Assembly (NCBI RefSeq): GCF_021028975.2 | Contig: NC_059433.1 | Span: 67,208,001-67,272,000, forward strand | Origin: Sphaerodactylus townsendi | Taxonomy: Eukaryota | DNA: 64,000 nucleotides | Direction: 5' to 3' | In this document: piece after piece, positions 61,133-64,000 of the stretch | Layout: every line of letters starts with the position of its first letter | How positions within the stretch are numbered: position 1 is the first letter of the stretch | Made by a program: the position numbers and the translations under genes | The notes under the pieces: generated by a model | Database searches by the model: none | Told to the model about the DNA's origin: nothing | Seen by the model: the letters and a program-made list of their open reading frames with translations, nothing else

Positions 61133-61175
61133 TCCTGACGTTTCACCTGCATCTGTGGCTGGCATCTTCAGAGGA
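61133..61175 (-). ncRNA. Minimal type I hammerhead ribozyme motif (Penelope-associated)
   Basis: Minus strand reads UCCU-CUGAAGA-U-GCCAGC-cacagau-GCAGGU-GAAAC-GUC-AGGA: helix I UCCU/AGGA, CUGANGA core, helix II, GAAA, palindromic ACGU, GUC cleavage triplet. Confidence 0.7.
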
Positions 61176-61357
61176 TCTGATAGTAGGAAAGGAAAGCAAG
61201 TGGAGTATATATACTGTGAGGACCTTGCTATCTTCACTGTTACTCCCAGGCTACCGACTTCTTTGTGACTCACATACCAGGCTACTCTATTCAGAGGGCC
61301 TCACCTTTTGACCTCACAGTATATATACTCCACTTGCTTTCCATTCCTACCATCAGA

Positions 61358-61400
61358 TCCTCTGAAGATGCCAGCCACAGATGCAGGTGGAACGTCAGGA
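61358..61400 (+). ncRNA. Hammerhead ribozyme motif with mutated core (GAAA to GGAA)
   Basis: tcct-ctgaaga-tgccagccacagatgcaggt-ggaac-gtc-agga. Confidence 0.55.
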
Positions 61401-61723
61401 GAGAATGCTGCTGTAGTTCTTTTCACTTTGGTGTAATTTTGTTGTCTAGTTTCAATTCGTTTGCTTTTTCTTTTTCTTTTAGGGATCTCACTGGTGAAAG
61501 GGTTCATCCACCTCATGGGAAACCTCGGTAATGAAACAGCTGGAGTCATTTTATACTAAATAAGGTACATCCGTATTAACAGACTGTCACGTGGGTTTCA
61601 TGCATGCATGGCTCAGGGGACACAAGTTTAGAAATGTCCAAAGCTCAGTTCTGAACTGAATTGGCATACAGTTGTTTTATCCAAGCAAAAGCAAATAGAC
61701 AAGAAAAGACAAAAATTCCCCAC

Positions 61724-62800
61724 ATGGCAGCCACGGTGTTTAATTCAAGTCTGAAATTAGGTTTCCATGAGAATGAAGACTCAAAAAGTAATGAATATTA
61801 CTTTAATATCTCAAGCGGCTACCCACAAAAGATCCAAGAACCTTTTATGACAACTGAGTTTGTTATCAATATCCTTTTAATTCCAACCTGCATTCTTGGA
61901 ATTGTGGGGAATGGAACCGTCGTCTGGCTTCTTGGCTTCCGCATGAAGAGGACTCCTTTCACAACCTACATCCTGAACTTGGCTGCTGCTGATATTAATT
62001 CCTTAGTCAGCATGTTGATATTTATAAATACTGCATATGATTTGATAATTGCATTTCTTTATCATGAAGCTGTTTCTTCTCTGAAATATTACATATTTCG
62101 TTATCCGCACTCATTACTGTATAACACTGATCAGCTTCTCCTGACAGCCATCAGTGTTGACAGGTGCGTGGTGGCCCTCTTCCCAGTTTGGCATCGATGC
62201 CACCGGCGACCACACCTGTCCAGAACTATATGCGTCTTCATATGGGTCCTCTCCTTCCTGCTCAGTGGATTGGACATTCTTCTCATGTTTACAAATCAAA
62301 TTACTCTGCTCCAATCTACTGTGAATATTGTCGTTTGTACCCCACTCATGGCTATCTCTGCTATCACTTTGTTTGTCACAATCTGCCTGTCATCCCAGCA
62401 ACCTAAGCGAGGAAAACTTTTCATGACAATTTTCCTTGCGCTTTTCTTCTTTCTCATCTTTGGTTTCCCTATGAATTATTTGTCTGTCCTCATGTACTAT
62501 TGCGTTTTGAATGGCTTTGATTTGGACTCAATGTTCAGTGAACTCCTTGGTGACTCAGAATTAAGTCCCACAGAGATTCCTATGGTTTCATGCATGGCAC
62601 ATCAGATTACAGTTACTACAATGGTTGTTTTTGTATGTACAGTTCTAAACTGCAGTGTTAACCCGTTAATCTATTTCTTAGTGGGAAGAGACAAGAAGAG
62701 CAGATCTGGGCTCTCTATGAAAGTTGCCCTCCAGAGGGTATTCAAGAATGAGGAAAACTCTAGAGAGGAAGAAAGACCCCAACCTGAAAACCAGGTCTGA
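61724..62800 (+). CDS. MAS-related GPCR, type B, copy B3 (~358 aa)
   Basis: Full 7TM ORF. First in-frame ATG at 61724 (MAATVF; track start 61661 is TTG). Acceptor tttttctttttcttttAG at 61481-61482. Confidence 0.93.
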   Translation: MAATVFNSSLKLGFHENEDSKSNEYYFNISSGYPQKIQEPFMTTEFVINILLIPTCILGIVGNGTVVWLLGFRMKRTPFTTYILNLAAADINSLVSMLIFINTAYDLIIAFLYHEAVSSLKYYIFRYPHSLLYNTDQLLLTAISVDRCVVALFPVWHRCHRRPHLSRTICVFIWVLSFLLSGLDILLMFTNQITLLQSTVNIVVCTPLMAISAITLFVTICLSSQQPKRGKLFMTIFLALFFFLIFGFPMNYLSVLMYYCVLNGFDLDSMFSELLGDSELSPTEIPMVSCMAHQITVTTMVVFVCTVLNCSVNPLIYFLVGRDKKSRSGLSMKVALQRVFKNEENSREEERPQPENQV

Positions 62801-63348
62801 TTTGTGTGTGAAGATACACATGAACACATACATACACACAGAGAGAAAGAGAGAAGCGTATTCTTGACAGATCTGGGAAACTAATGAAGCCCTGGTAAAT
62901 TGGATTGAAGAAGTCCTGTGTCACTGAACAAAGGCTGGCAATGGCCAACCACCTCTGAACCTCTCTTATCTTGACCCATTATGCACAAGGTGTCTGAGGC
63001 ACAATGGAGGTGAATGTCCATTGCACAAGTGGCATATTTCCTCAAGGCCCACTTTCACTTTCCATTCACTCCACAGCAAGCAAGACCACTTTTTAGTTAG
63101 TTGGATCCTCCCATGCTAAATAGCACATCAGGCAATGAGTGAGCTCTGCCATTGCCAGTCCCAAGCCCGGATGTGAAAGGAGGAGGGTTGAGCATTGGGC
63201 TAGCAACCTGTCCCTGTAAAGCCCCCAGTCACTATGGAAACAACAAAAGAAGTTCAAAACCACTTGTAGCATGATTATAATTTTCTTCAACACCAGAGCT
63301 GGACAGATTTGTCAGTGAGCAAAGCTTTGTCCCAGATCTCTTCACCCG

Positions 63349-63444
63349 AAGAGCAGATCTAGGCTCTCTATGAAAGTTGCCCTCCAGAGGGTATTCAAGG
63401 ATGAGGAAAACTGCAGAGGGGAAGATGCTGAAACCCAGGTCTAA
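63349..63444 (+). pseudogene. Orphan type B C-terminal fragment, followed by a B1/B2-like 3' UTR
   Basis: Reads KSRSRLSMKVALQRVFKDEENCRGEDAETQV*. Sequence at 63630-64000 matches the reverse complement of ~14850-15210. Confidence 0.85.
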
Positions 63445-64000
63445 TTTGTGTATGAGGATATACATGCATGCCCACCTGTGCACCCACCGACNNNNNNNNN
63501 NNNNNNNNNNNNNNNNNNNNNNNNNNNNNNNNNNNNNNNNNNNNNNNNNNNNNNNNNNNNNNNNNNNNNNNNNNNNNNNNNNNNNNNNNNNNNNNNNNNN
63601 NNNNNNNNNNNNNNNNNNNNNNNNNNNGAAGCTAATGAGGCCATGGTTAATATTGAAGAACCTCATGAAATCCCGTGTCACTAAACAGAGGCCAGCAATG
63701 GCTAACCACCTCTGAACATCTCTTACCTTGGTTCATTATGCACAAGGTATTTGCAGTGCGATGGGGGTGAATGTCTGTTACAGCAAGATTTTTTGTACAG
63801 ACTTAATCCCTCAAGCCCCACTTTCACTTTCCATTCTCTCCACAGCAAGCAAGACCACTTGTAGCATGATTACAATTTTCTTTGCTGCCAGAGAGGGACA
63901 AATTTGCCGGTGAGCACACCTTTGCCCCATCCCCTTCCCTCTGCCCACAGCCAGACTGCCGCGCCTCACCCTGCCTACTGCCACGTGCTGCTCTGCATGC

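Larger units (their letters stand above)
61081..61412. mobile_element. Penelope-like element fragment as an inverted pair of termini
   Basis: 61120-61220 is the reverse complement of 61313-61412. Typical squamate Penelope terminus sequence. Flanked by a ~60 bp duplication. Confidence 0.75.

Noticed and set aside
933-62800. Specific gene symbols (MRGPRH, MAS1, MRGPRX)
   Set aside because: Lineage-specific paralogues; orthology cannot be assigned without a phylogeny.

Overview
Vertebrate genomic DNA, most likely a squamate and probably a gecko (judged from Squam3-like SINEs and CR1, L2, BovB, Penelope, Harbinger and hAT repeats), with five assembly gaps. The window is an expanding cluster of MAS-related class A GPCR (MRGPR/MAS1-like) genes, each with an intronless coding region. 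There are seven intact ORFs in two subfamilies. Type A: 933-1871(-), 21055-21984(-), 37060-38001(-), 42537-43445(+). Type B, with a long acidic ECL3: 15281-16318(-), 31563-32597(-), 61724-62800(+). Three pseudogene fragments are also present. The genes lie in ~16.3 kb segmental duplications, and the right half is inverted relative to the left across the gap at 39030-39119. The most unexpected feature is a fragment of an unrelated gene carried in the duplication unit: the 5' flank, first coding exon and intron 1 start of PAXIP1/PTIP. It occurs in four copies, always co-oriented upstream of a type A receptor exon, and one copy could splice in frame to the receptor. Other notable items are a Penelope-derived inverted pair of minimal hammerhead ribozymes beside a receptor splice acceptor, a conserved perfect ER8 nuclear-receptor element, an indel-driven N-terminus switch in type B receptors, and mosaic sequence patches between near-identical duplicates. 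All calls are by eye; no searches were run.
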